Of a DNA stretch of 64,000 nt, positions 12,618 to 25,289 are shown piece after piece. The position numbers and the translations under genes are program-made. The stretch covers positions 195,674,001 through 195,738,000 of the forward strand of contig NC_086097.1 of assembly GCF_963921235.1 (NCBI RefSeq), in the 5' to 3' direction. Every line of letters begins with the position of its first letter. Within the stretch, counting starts at the first letter, position 1. This DNA is from Mobula hypostoma. Taxonomy: Eukaryota. The notes beneath the pieces are model-generated. The model was not told the origin of the DNA. It saw only the letters and a program-made list of their open reading frames with translations, and did not search any database.

Positions 12618-14672
12618 CCCTAACTTATTAGATGTTCTTCTGCTGATTCCAATTTACCTTCTTAAGGACAATGAGGAATGTTCAATAAATGTGGGGTAAC
12701 AATGGGCTAAATCCCATAATATTCTCATTGCTCAGACCACTGGCTGAATGTCCCCATTACTCCCTTATTCTTGTTTGCTTCCTTCTCAAGCTGCCACATG
12801 ATGGTCTATTTTTCTCTCTTCACTGTCTTGTATAATTTATGATTTATATTTTGTGTTGATTGCACCTATGTGATGTTGCTGAAAGCAAGTTTTTTTTTAC
12901 TGTACCTTTATCTCTCTGTATTTGTGCACATGACAATCAACTTGACTTGACTTGTCTGGGCATCATGCTTCAAGCCATTTCCTACTCTTTGAACTATGCC
13001 TCACTTCAATCTGATCAGCAAGTAGCTCTGTTGTAAAGAGAAAGGATAAACTGAGGAATCTGGATGAGAATCATCCATTAAAAGAGAGAAGGTAAGTCAG
13101 AAGAGTGGCCTGAAGAGGACATGGGGTCCCAGGATTGAGTACAAAACCAGGGCAGTTACGTTGGAATGGAACAACTGAATATTAAGTATTAATTTGGACA
13201 TCTTGAGAAAACATGAAAGTGCAAGGGAGAATACAGTTGTTCTATGTGTCAAAAATTTTGGCTGTAAAGTTACAGTGGAGGTGCTGCACAATTCTTCCTG
13301 AGCAAAGGAATTTGCAAGGACATTTGATAGAACTTTACAAGAATATAATGGATTTAGAAAGGGTAAATAATGAGAAAATGGTGAGTTCAAAGATCAAGAG
13401 GCAAGAGATTTAATATCTTGGCCAATTGTTAATGCAGTGATCAATAATCACTGCCTGTTGGATTGGTGAAAACGGAATCAATGAGGGTTTCAGAAAGACT
13501 CTGTTGGGTAGTTTAATAATTTGCATGGCCATGAGGGAAAAGCAGGGAATGGTGCTGTGCTGATAGAGATCCAATGAACTCAATTCCAGATTGCATATGT
13601 AGCAGCTTATCTAGTACACAGAAAGTGACCAAATTAACTCAAATTTGAATGTTTCAGAATAACCAGAAAACACCAAGTATACTGAAAATAGTCATCTTAT
13701 TTTCTCCTCGAAAGTTCAGAATTTCAGTGTATTTGGAATAAAAGCTACAGACTTGCATCTTTCAGTTGAGTGCAGCATGTTTACACAAATAACAGTATTT
13801 AACAAGAAGAATCAATTTCCTTCAAGCATCAGCATATCTATTGTAACCAGCTTCTGAATGATAGATTCTCATCACACACTCTGGGCTGTGGATACTTGTA
13901 AGTTCCTATTGCACATTCTATGAATCACTTCACTGTGAAGAACCAAAGTACTTTCTAATTTATTCACACAGAGAGCAAAACTGAATTATATTGCTCAATA
14001 TCCTGTCCTTGAAATAAAAATTTGAGGAAAGATTGAAGATGAGCTGCTGTACTGCGGGTTTTAAACAGTTACAACCATATGAGACAACTTGACTTATCTG
14101 TAGTGCCAAAGAGAACACAAAGAAAAACAAACCTCTGGAAAGAAAATGAATTCCTTGTGAATACATAATTAACAGCAGAAGTGCATGTGAAAAGAAAAAA
14201 AAATTCAGAGAGGACCAAGATATCACAGAACCAGTAAAAATAATTAGAACTTTGTTGCCCTGTCACACCCATTTGTGAATAGTGCTGTATGATCAAACAA
14301 CTTACAAAAGGTAAAGTCCCCCACTAATGTCCCTATCCCCAATCATTGTGGAGTCCAGAAAGCCAAGGTAAAAGGCAAAGTCTGAAGTGTTCAGAACAGT
14401 GTAATAATGCCAGATAAAATGAGGTACAAGGAAATAGAGGCAAAGCTTCAGACTTCCAGATTTGAAGTCAGATGACTGAAAGGCAACCTTAAAGCAGGTG
14501 TAAGGATGTAACAGATCAAGCACCAAGTAGAACTATCTTGATACAGACTTGACAACCCCATCATCACAGAGACTTATCCTCATTCAAATTGATTCTGTTC
14601 CCTTTTACTCCCTCCACCACAATTATACATTGATTTCAATGTTTAACTATCCACAAAATGGTCTGCAGTATA

Positions 14673-14904
14673 TCAAGCAACACACATCAAAGTTGCTGGT
14701 GAACGCAGCAGGCCAGGCAGCATCTCCAGGAAGAGGTACAGTTGACATTTCAGGCCGAGACCCTTCATCAGGATCTGTCCTGACGAAGGTCTTAGCCTGA
14801 AACGTTGACTGTACCTCTTCTTAGAGATGCTGCCTGGCCTGCTGCGTTCACCAGCAGCTCTGATGTGTGTTGCTTGAATTTCCAGCATCTGCAGAATTCC
14901 TCGT
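14673..14904. mobile_element. Fold-back PLE-tail element with two head-to-head hammerhead motifs
   Basis: Inverted arms 14673-14773 and 14778-14877 with a 4-nt spacer (tctg); TSD gtctgcagtata (14661-14672) / gtctgcagcata (14905-14916). Confidence 0.85.
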
Positions 14905-14934
14905 GTCTGCAGCATATAAGTTAGATTTCCTTGG

Positions 14935-15218
14935 ATGTCACAGTAGTGTGGTAGCATAGCAGTTAATGTGACGCTATTACAGCTCAAGGCATTGGAGTCT
15001 GCAGTTCTATCCTGGTGTCTTCTTTAAAGAGTTTGTACGTCCTCACCGTAGAATGCGTGAGTTTTCTCTGGTTGCTCCGGTTTCCATCATAGGTAATTGG
15101 TCATTGTAAATTGTCCCAAGATTAGCCTAGAGTTAAATAGGGGTTTACTTGGCAGCACAGTTCAAAGGGCTGGAAGACCCTATTCAGTGCTGCATCACCA
15201 AATAAATAAATAAACAAA
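14935..15218 (+). mobile_element. V-SINE/HE1-like SINE
   Basis: tRNA-like head, V-core (..ggttgctccggtttcc..) and (aaat)n tail. Confidence 0.7.
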
Positions 15219-17279
15219 CATCTTCCTCTGCCTTCTTCAATGAAACGAATGGTCAGATGACTACCAGCCATACACTTCACAAAAACCTGTTTTTCCTTCA
15301 TTACTGGATCACAATGCCAGAACTCCTTATCTAACAGTGTTACAGAAGTACTTTCACAGTATGATTGCATCAGATGAAGTTAGCTCACTGGACTTCTTAA
15401 ATAGGATTTAAGTAACCAGTGGACATTTGGGAGATAACAGCAAGTCCTTCCATGAATGAAATATTTTTGCTGAGATAAGGTAGCCAAAACTGTTTGTATT
15501 ACCACAAGACTGTCTGACTAAAACTGCACAAAATAGTTATTCCTTTCCACTGTATTCAAATCTCCTTCTGAAAGAAAGCAGCCGCCTTATTTTATACTTT
15601 TCATTTATATCCTGTGCATTCAATTGTTTGTGTACATAGGTATTATAATTCCATTGTTCATTTATGGATACTTGTATCCCACACGTGTAAAATTTAATCT
15701 GATTAATTTTCCTTAAATCTCATCTGCTCTTATAGTGAATTCAATTTATTTAGTTGCGATCTTTTCCTGTTTTTCTGTTTCCACCTACATGGTTTAGTTT
15801 ATTGTTCGTGCTAACTTCAATTCATGGATAAAAAAGAAAGCATTCCTTCAAGTATTTCATGACTTTCTAATGCAATGCCATCTCAAATCCATTATTAAAT
15901 TTACACTGTATACCCAGCACTGAAGATTTAATGATGAGAGTAAATCAAGCCAGAATAGTAAAGTGACAATAATGCACATTTTGAGTCATCTCACTAAAAT
16001 AATCAATTACAACTCCAAATGGAATTTTGCCAGTTGATAATGGAAAAGAGGACAGTCACTTATAGGAAACTAGAAGCATTTACAAACATTTTTAAGCCAT
16101 TTAGAAAGACGTTACAATCTGTTAGCAGCCTTTAAAATAGAAATAATTATCAAGAAATTAAATAATCACTAAAACATCTTTGTAGATATTTGTTACATAC
16201 AGATTACCTCCAAGTTTTCATAGTGATTCTAAATGAAAAATAACTATCTGTATCATTTGTGTGAACCCCCTCAGTTCTATTGAAGCAGCTTTCAAACAAA
16301 GGAAATAGAACTAAACTTTGCATTGATCTCACTCAAACAACTGGAGATAGAAAATTTATCCTGTCACTTCTGCATTGAACTAGGATGCATGTAAAATTAT
16401 TCAGTTTGATGCCTAGGAGAGTCTTGTAATAGAGAGTCTAAGGAACATACAGTAGGCAGTAAGACAAGACTGAGAAGACATGGTAAGTGATGACTTTTTT
16501 TTAAAACAAGTTCCTGAATGGGAAGCCTGCTGAAGTTATCAGTATATGGTACCTCAGTTCTTTGGTTGTGTCTCTGTCTATTCTTACTACAGCCTTTCTC
16601 ATCTTCACTTCACCCTTGTTTGGCCATTGTTGACCACTGCACCCACAAGCTCCTCAAGTACTAGTCTGGAGATGCAAATAGGCCTACAGTTGACCTCATC
16701 CATCAAACTTAGATGATCTGCATCACAGAGAAGATGAAAGAATTGCACACTTCAGCTTTAAAATATCTGACCAGTGTCCAGGTGGGGATACGTATCAAAT
16801 GCTTCTTAGTTGAACTAATTCAACAATTCTCAAAGTATATATTCTGTTGGTGTTATTATCAAGAAGTTCCTGGCTATACATATTTTTATATTAATCAGAA
16901 GCATTATAGATTATTTTCTATTTTAATTGGAATATAGGAAAGATATTCATCTCTACTTCAGCTGGTTTCATCTTGCTCAGTTCTGAACTAATGACAGTTC
17001 CGAAAAGTTCTCATCCAGTCTAATTGCCAATTAGGCTCTGTGTTGGTTCTGGAAATAAATCCCAAAGTATATGGTATAATATTGAATATGCTCATTTAAT
17101 GCATTATGATATGCACTAGATGGTGTCTTGAAATAGCTACATATCCATGCAATACATGTAGTACTTGTGAATCATATTTCCCTACTGTTAAATATTATGA
17201 ATTTATTAAATCCTGTTTTTGTAACTTTGTAGAATAAAATTATATGTGTAAAAGGAGAAAAATGAGAGACAGAACTCTT

Positions 17280-18030
17280 GATAAGACATAGGAACAGAAT
17301 CAGGTCACTCGACCCATCAAGTCTGCTCTGCCATTCCATCGTGGTTGATTTATTATCCTTCTCAATCCCATTCCCCTGCCTGCTCACAGTAACCTTAGAT
17401 GCCCTGACTAATCAAGAACCTATCAACCTTTGCTTAAGATATACTCAATGACTTGCCCTCCACTGCTGTTCGAGGAAATGGATTCCACAGATTCACTCCC
17501 CTCTGGCTGAAGAAATTCCTCTTCATCACTGTCCTAAATGGACTTCTGTCTATTCTGAGGCTGTTCCCTCTGGTCCTAGACTTACCCACTATAGGAAATA
17601 TCCTCTCCACAGCCGTCCTCTCTGGGCCTTTGAATAATTGATGGGTTTCAATGAGATCCCCCCCCCCCCATTCTTATAAGCTCCAGTGATTATAAGCCCA
17701 AAGCCATGAAATGCTGCTCACATATTGACCCATTCAGTTTCCGAATTATTCTTGAGAACTACCTCTGGATCCTCTCCAATGCCTGCACATCTTTTTTGAG
17801 AGAAGGGGCCCAAAACTGCTCGTGTGTTCTGACCAATGTTTTATAAAGCCTCAGCATCATATTGTTGCTCTGATATTCTAATCCTCTAGAACTGAAAGCT
17901 AACATTGCTCTTCCCTACCACCAACTTAACTTGCAAGTTAATCTTTAGGGAATCTTGCATGAGGACTCCCAAATTTCTTCGCACCTCTGATTTTTGAATT
18001 TTCTCCCTGCCTAGAAAATAGTCTAGGCCT
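17280..18030 (-). mobile_element. CR1 3' portion, decayed
   Basis: 3'UTR and ORF2 C-terminus homologous to 58720-59500. Confidence 0.8.
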
Positions 18031-18034
18031 CTAT

Positions 18035-18338
18035 ACCATTTTGGATACTGTTGTGGGGGATGACCTCCCAGGGGAATGGCACAGAGACTAGGTTACCAGC
18101 ACTGAGTATAGGTCCAGATGGTATGTTGCCTCCCAGGTGGCAGGGTCAGGGATGTCTCAGATTGTGTCCACGGTATTTTGGAGGGGGAGGGAGAGCAGCC
18201 AGTTGTTTTGGCACATATTGGTACCAATGACATGGGAAGGGAAAGCAAAGAAATTCTGAAGAGAGAATCTAGAGAGCTAGGAAGAAAGCTGAAAAGCTGG
18301 ACTTCCAGGGAAGTAATTTTTGGATTACTACCTGTGCC
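18035..18338 (+). mobile_element. CR1 ORF1 (SGNH esterase) fragment
   Basis: ORF 18118-18342 reads CCLPGGRVRDV..VLAHIGTNDMG..GLLPVP. Confidence 0.8.
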
Positions 18339-18738
18339 ATAAGAACAGGAGAAATAGGAGCAGGAGTCGGCCATCTGGCCCGTTGAGCCTGCTCTGCCGT
18401 TCAACAAGATCATGGCTGATCTGGTCATGGCCTCGCTTTCATCTACCTGCCTTTTCCCCATAACCCTCAATTCCCCTACTATGCAAAAATCTATCCAACT
18501 TTTGTCTTAAGTATACTTACTGAGGTAGCATCCACAGCTTCATTGGGTAGAGAATTCCACAGATTCACCTCTCTTTGGGAAAAGCAGTTCCTCCTCATTA
18601 CTGCCCTTAATCTATTCCCCCGAATTTTGAAACTATGTCCCCTAGTTCTAGTCTCACCTACCAGTGGAAACAACTTTCCTGCCTCTATCTTATCTATTCC
18701 TTTCTATATGTTTCGATAAGATCTCCTCTCATTCTTCT
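18339..18738 (-). mobile_element. CR1 3' end
   Basis: ORF 18491-18673 reads FPLVGETRTRGHSFKIRG..SQREVNLWNSLP. Confidence 0.85.
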
Positions 18739-18764
18739 GGCTGCTTTCCCTCCCCCTCCAAGAT

Positions 18765-21700
18765 GCTGTGGATGCAATCCAAGACAGCTGGCAGGGTTGA
18801 CAGCAGAACAGCAATGGCTTGATTTTCTGAGAAAAATGAGGAAGGTGCAAGAAGATGTATTCCAAAAATCAAGAAATATTCAAATGGCAAAATGGTACTG
18901 TTATGGCTGACAAGGGAAGTCAAAGCTAATGTAAAAGAAAAAGAGAGCGAATACACCAAAGCAAAATTAGTGGGAGGACAGACAATTGGGAAGTTTTTAA
19001 AAACCTACAGAAAGCAACTAAAAGAATCATTAGGAAGGAAAAGATGAAATGTGAAAGCAAGCTAGCAAAGAATATCAAGGTGGATAGAACAAGCTTTTAA
19101 AAGTATATTAAAAAAAATAAAAATAGTGGATGATAGTGGATATAGGACTGTTAGAAAATGAGGCCAGATAAATAATAACAAGAGACAAGGAGATGGAAGA
19201 TGAACTAAATGAGTATCTTGCATCAGTCTGCACTGTGAAAGGCACTAGCAGTGTGCGAGGTGTTGAAGGGTATGAAGGAAGAGAAGCGAGTGCAGTTACT
19301 ATTACAAGAGAGAAGGTGCTCAATAGTTCAAAGACCTAAATGTACATAAGTCACCCAGACAAGATGAACTGCACCGTAGTGTACTGAAAGAGGTAATGGT
19401 AGAGATTGAGGAGGCATTAGTAATGATCTTTCAGCAATCATTAGACGCTGGCATGATTTTGGAAAACTGGAAAATTTTAAATGTCACTCCACACTTTAAG
19501 AAAGGAGGAAGGCAGCAGAAAGGTTATAGAACAGTTAACCTGAACCTAGTGGTTGGGAAGATATTGGAGTCAATTGTTAAGGTTAATGCTATGGAGTACC
19601 TGGAGACACAGGACAAGATAGGATGAAGTCAACATGGTTTCCTTAAGGGAAAATCTTGCCTGACAAACTTGTTGGAATTCTTTGAGGAGATTACAAGTAG
19701 GATAGATAAAGGTGATGCAGTGGATGTTGTGTATTTGGATTTTCAGAAGTCCTTTGACAAGGTGCCACACATGAGGCTGCTTACCAAGTTAAGAGCCCAT
19801 GGTATTACAGGAAGGTTACTAACATGTTTAGAGCATTGGTTGATTGGTAGGAAGCAGTGAGCGAGAATAAAAGGATCCTTCTCTGACTGGCTGCCTGTGA
19901 CTAGTGGAATTCCACAGGGGACAGTGTTGAGACTGCTTCCTTTTATTGTTATAAGGGGGGTGCTGGGAGTAGACCCAAATGCAAGACACAGACACTGAAG
20001 AACCAAGAACAAGAATAGGACTAGAGTTAAGCAAGAGAAGTGGGGAAGAAAGGATGCTGGACATTGACACAGGCCCTGGACGAGACAAGGACTCAGGGCC
20101 TGGGCTAGGACTTGACCAGGATAGTGGAACCAGGACGTGGAACTGGGAACTAGGAGCCTGGGCTTGGACTCCAAGCCAGAGACTGGACAAGGACCCAGAA
20201 CCTGGGTCTTGACTCGGGCTCAGACCCTGGAACTAGGCGAGGACATGATGAGGCTTGGGTTCTACGAGGCTAAGGTATAGACTCTGAGCCAGAGACTGGG
20301 CAAGGACCCAGAACCTGGATCTTGACTCAGGCTTGGACTCCAGAACTAGGTGAGGACAAGATGTGGGTACAGGACAAGGAGTGGCAACAGGACTAGAGAA
20401 GAGACTCCAGCCCAGGACAAGGAATCTCCAGCACCAGGCTGGGCGAGGTACTCCTGGGCTGGGCGAGATTCTCAGACGTGGCTAGGACTGGACGAGACCC
20501 CGAAGCCTTGACTTGGTCGGGGGGGGGGGAAGACAGGAGAGCCTGGACCCCTCCTTGGGTACAGGACATAGGGCCAGGACTCATTACACAGAATGCAGAA
20601 GATGACAAGACAGTTCCCAACACAAGGTAGCAGCAGACAGACAGACCTACTTAGCGAAGGCATGGTCACAGATAGTTCCCAACACTAGGTAGCGGCAAAC
20701 AGCCAACAGCCAGACCTACCTAGCAAAGACATGGAGACAGACAGTTCTCAACACCAGGTAGCAGCAAACAGCCAGACCTACCTAGCAAAGGCATGGACAC
20801 AGAGACTGTTCAAAATAACAAAGGACAGTTCCTATCTCGTTCCAGCAGTTGAACTTGACAGCAGTGAAAGCGAGGGTTACAGGCAAGGCAAGGCAAGACT
20901 TCAGGAGGGAGGGCCAGAGAAGGGATTCAGAAAGGGAATTTAGACAGGAACAATCCAGCAGCTATAGGCTGAATCCTGAAGCTATTTATGAAGCCAGCCC
21001 AAATGAGAATCAGCTGCCTCAACAGAAACTGGGGAAAACCGGAAGACCTGGAATAAGGAACATGGACTGGACTGTGAACTGGAATGTGGATTTCACGGAC
21101 CGGACCATGACATTTATGCTGTACATCAATGATTTAGATGATGGAATAGATGGCTTTGTTGCCAAGTTTGCAGATAATATGAAGAGTGATGGAGGGGCAG
21201 GTAGTATTGAAGAAACAGGTAGGATGCAGAAGGACTTAGACAGATTAGGGGAATGGGCTAGAAAGTGGCAAATGAAATACTATGTTGGAAAATGCATGGT
21301 ATGCGCTTCGGCAGACAATTTTCTAACTGGGGAGAAAATCCTAAAATCGGAGATGCAAGGGGACTTGGGAGTCCTTGTGCAGAACACCCTAAAGGTAAAC
21401 TTGCAGGTTGAGTCGGTGGTGAGGAAGGCAAATGCAATGTTAGCATTTATTTCAAGAGTTCTAGAAAATAAGAGCAGGGATGTGATGCTCTGGGTTTATA
21501 ATGCACTGGTGTGAGGCCTCACCTTGAGTATAGTGAACAGTTTTGGGCTCCATATCTAAGAAATTATATGCTGGCATTGGAGAGGTTTCATGGGAGGTTC
21601 ACAAGGATGATTCCAAGAACGATAGGGTTATCATACGAGGAGCATTTGATAGCTCTGGGCCTGTACTCGCTGGAACTTAGAAGGATGACAGGGGATGTCA

Positions 21701-22050
21701 TTGTAACTTTTTGAATGCTGAAAGGCCTACACAGAGTATATCTGGAAAGGATGTTTCCCCTGCTGGGGGTGTCCAGGAAAAAAAGGTACAGCATCAGAAT
21801 AGAGGGGTGTCCGTTTAAAACAGAATGCAGAGAAATGTGAAGTTGTGGAATTTGTTACCACAGGTTTTTGGCTGTATTTAAGGCCAAGATTGATAGGTTC
21901 TTGATTGGCCACAGTATCAAGTGTTACAGGGAGAGGGCCGGGAAGTGGGGCTGAGGAGGGGAAAAAAGGATCACCCATGATTGAACAGCAAAGCAACCTT
22001 GATGGGTCAAACAGCCTTATTCTACTCCTATGTATTATGGCCTTATGGCC
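18765..22050 (+). mobile_element. CR1 ORF2 (RT) to 3' end, decayed and interrupted by a solo LTR
   Basis: Fragments VDVVYLDFQKSFDKVPH, YINDLDDG..KFADN and RPHLEY..QFWAPYL; 3' tail tatggccttatggcc. Confidence 0.88.
19947..21112 (-). mobile_element. Solo LTR (Gypsy-type) with internal tandem repeats, copy 1
   Basis: TG..CA termini (tgttata..catgaca) and exact 5-bp TSD tttat; splits the CR1 RT frame; homologous to 29445-31015 and 54612-55858. Confidence 0.85.
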
Positions 22051-22051
22051 T

Positions 22052-23020
22052 CTATTTATTCTACCAAAGTGCATGGCCATACACTTCACTGTACAATATT
22101 TCTTCTGCTACTTCTTTGCTCATTCTCCCAATCTGTCCACGTCCTTCTTCAGACTTTCTCCTTCTACAACACCACCTGTCCTCCACTTATCTATGATTCA
22201 TTTGCAAACTTGGTCACAAAGTCATCTATTCCGTCATCCAAATCGTTGACAGGTAACGTGAAAAGAAGTGGTCCTAATACCAAACCTAGTGGATCAGCAC
22301 TAAATCATTGGGAGTTAAGCAGAATAGGCCCCCTTTATTCTGAAACATTGCCTACTGCCATGCTAATATCTTTCTTGCAATAATATGGGCTCTTATTTTG
22401 TTAAGCAGCCTCATATGTGGCATCTTGTCAAAGGCCTTCTGAAAATCCAAGTAAACAACATCCACTGACTCTCCTTTATCTATGTCCTCAAAGAATTCCA
22501 ACAGATTTCTCAGGCAAGATTTCCTGTTAAGGAAACCACAGTCTCTTTGGCCTACTTTAGAACGTGCCTCCATGTACCCTGAAACCTCTTCCTTAATGAT
22601 GGACTCCAACAGCTTCCCAAAGACTGAGGTAAGGCTAACAGGCCTATAATTTTCTTTCTTCAGCTTCCTTACCTTCTTAAAGAGTCCACAGATATTTGCA
22701 ATTTTAAAGTCCTCCAGAACTATTCCAGATTTTAATGATTCTTGAAAGATCATTATTAATACCTCCACAGTCTCTTCAGCTAGCTCTTTCAGAACTTTGG
22801 GGTGAAGTCCACTTGGTCCAGGTGACTTATCCGCCTTCAGACCCTTCAGCATCCCAAACACACTCTCTTTAGTAACAGCAACTACACACAAAATGCTGGA
22901 AGAACTTAGTAGGCCAGCCAGCATCTATGGAAAAGAATACTGAGACCCTTCATAAATACACACACTTCTGCCCCTGACAATCATGAATTTATGGCATACT
23001 GCTAGTATCTTCCACAGTGA
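22052..23020 (-). mobile_element. CR1 ORF2 RT fragment (outer element of a nested cluster; continues at 24645-25255 and 27413-28075)
   Basis: ORF 22352-22924 reads KSPGPSGLHP..NYRPVSLTSV..LDFQKAFDK; a short PLE tail is inserted at about 22885-22953. Confidence 0.85.
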
Positions 23021-23022
23021 AG

Positions 23023-24640
23023 AAACATAGAAAACCTACAGCACAATACAGGCCCTTTGGCCCACAAAACTGTGCCAAAAATGTCCTTACCTTAAAAATT
23101 ACCATATAACCGTATATCAATTACAGCACAGAAACAGGCCATCTCGGCCATTCTAGTCCATGCCGAACTCTTACTCTCACCTAGTCCCACCAACCTGCAC
23201 TCAGCCCATAACCCTCCATTCCTTTCCTGCCCATATATCTATCCAATTTAACTTTAAACGACAGCATCGAACCTGCCTCAACCACTTCTACTGGAAGCTC
23301 ATTCCACACAGCTACCACTCTCTGAGTAAAGAGGTTCCCCTTATGTTACCCCTAAACTTTTCCCCTTTAACTCTCAACTCATGTCCTCTTGTTTGAATCT
23401 CCCATCTCTCAATGGAAAAAGCCTATCCACATCAACTCTATCTATCCCCCTCATAATTTTAAATACCTCTATCAAGTCCCCCCTCAACCTTCTATGCTCC
23501 AAAGAATAAAGACCTAACTTGTTCAACCTTTCTCTGTAACTTAGGAAATGAAACCCAGGCAACATTTTAGTAAATCTCCTCTGTACTCTCTCAATTTTAT
23601 TGACATCTTTTCCTATAGTTCGGTGACCAGGACTGCACACAATACTCCAAATTTGCCCTCACCAATGCCTTCTACAATTTCAACATTACATCCCAACTCC
23701 TATACTCAATGCTCTGATTTATAAAGGCCAGCATATGAAAAGCTTTCTTCACCACCCTACCCACATGAGATTCCACCTTCTGGGAAATATGCACCATTAT
23801 TCCTAGATTCCTCTGTTCTTCTGCATTCTTCAATGCCCTACCATTTACCACGTATGTTCTATTTTGATTAGTCCTACCAAAATGTAGCACCTCACATTTT
23901 TCAGCATTAAACGCCATATGCCATCTTTCAGCCCACTCTTCTAACTGGCCTAAATCTCTCTGCAAGCTTTGAAAACCTACTTCATTATCCACAACGCTAC
24001 CTATTTTAGTATGCATACTTACTAATCCAATTTACCACTCCATCATCCAGATCATTAATGTATATGACAAACAACATTGGACCCAGTACAGATCCCTGAG
24101 GCACACCGCTAGACACCGTCCTCCAATCTGACACATGGTTATCCACCACTGCTCTCTGGCATCTCCCATCCAGCCACTGCTGAATCCATTTTACTACTTC
24201 GATATTAATGCCTAACGATTGAACCTTCCTAACTAACCTTCCATGTGGAACCTTGTCAAAGGCCTTACAGAAGTCCATATAGACAACATCCACCGCTTTA
24301 CCCTCGTCAACTTTCCTAGTAAACTCATCAAAAAATTCAATAGGATTTGTCAAACATGACCTTCCACACACATTCAATAAGATTTGTCAAATAGGACCTT
24401 CCACACACATTCAATAAGATTTGTTAAACATGACCTTCCACGCACCTGGGAATACCCATAGCTGTCTATTTTTCTGAGCTCCATGTACCTGTCCAGGAGT
24501 CTCTTAAAAGACCCTATCATATCCGCCTCCATCACCATCACCGGCAGCCCATTCCACGCACTCACCTTTCTCTGCGTAAAAAAAGCTTACCCCTGACATC
24601 TCCTCTGATACCTACTTCCAAGCACCTTAAAACTGTGCCA
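23023..24640 (-). mobile_element. CR1 3' fragment (23023-23103 plus 24446-24640) split by a younger CR1 (23104-24445)
   Basis: The outer fragment's 3'UTR is continuous across the insert; inner ORFs read SGVPQGSVLGPMLFVIYINDLD and RLRGDLIEVFKIM. Confidence 0.8.
24335..24445. repeat. 3 x 37-bp tandem repeat at the CR1 5' truncation point
   Basis: Unit attcaata(g/a)gatttgtcaaacatgaccttccacacac starting at 24335, 24372 and 24409. Confidence 0.9.
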
Positions 24641-24644
24641 CCTT

Positions 24645-25255
24645 AAAAGGCCTTTGACTGATGAAAATACTTATCAAGTTCATCTGCCATTTCTTTGTCC
24701 CACCATTACTACCTCTCCATTGTCATTTTTCAGCAGTCAAATATCCACTTTCACATCTCTTTTACTCTTCATATATCTGGAAAAAAAATTCATATCCTTT
24801 TTGATATTTTTGGCTAGCTTACCTTCATATTTCACCTTTTGTCTCCAAAAGTTTTTCTAGTTGTTTTCTGTTTGCTCTTATAAACTTTTAATCCTCTAAC
24901 TTCCCACTTATTTTTGCTATATTATACAATATGTCCTCTCCTTCATTTTTATGTTCTCCTTGACTTTCCTTTGTCAGCCACGGTTGCCCCATCCCCTCCT
25001 TTAGTATACTTCTTCACCTTTGGGATTTATCTATCCTGTGCCTTCCAAATTGCTCCCAGATACTCCAGGCATTGTTGTTCTGTTGTTCTGTTGGCATCCA
25101 TCCTAGTGACCTCTTCACAATCAACTTTGGCAAGCTCCTCTCTCTCATGCTTCTGTGATTCCCTTTACTCCACTTTAATACTGATACATCTGATTTTATT
25201 CTCTCCTTCTCAAATTGCAGGGTGAATTCTATCATATTATTCATCAGTTGTTTCT
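24645..25255 (-). mobile_element. CR1 ORF2 endonuclease-RT linker fragment
   Basis: Reads NMIEFTLQFEKE..VLKWSKGN; colinear with 22052-23020. Confidence 0.7.
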
Positions 25256-25289
25256 TCATCAGTTTGAACGGGACACAATTGTGCAAGCG

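Larger units (their letters stand above)
11635..12655 (-). mobile_element. 5'-truncated I-group (Nimb-like) LINE carrying RNase H and a C-terminal CCHC
   Basis: ORF 11871-12617 reads E..A...ICSDS..WVPAHVGVKGNERVDELAK..RLRLGH..CEEC..ESVEHVVLCC. 3' end reads ggtggcggtaatgcacc..ctgccgtaaaacaag. Imperfect TSD accttttcaaggac (11621-11634) / accttcttaaggac (12656-12669). Confidence 0.85.

Noticed and set aside
13300..13390. Exon ending in ATG|GTGAGT
   Set aside because: Translates as a decayed CR1 ORF2 C-terminus (LQGHLIELYKNI.DLERVN.EKM)
14673..14904. DNA-transposon MITE
   Set aside because: The arms are PLE 3' tails, the element is asymmetric (extra 27 nt on one side) and the TSD is long
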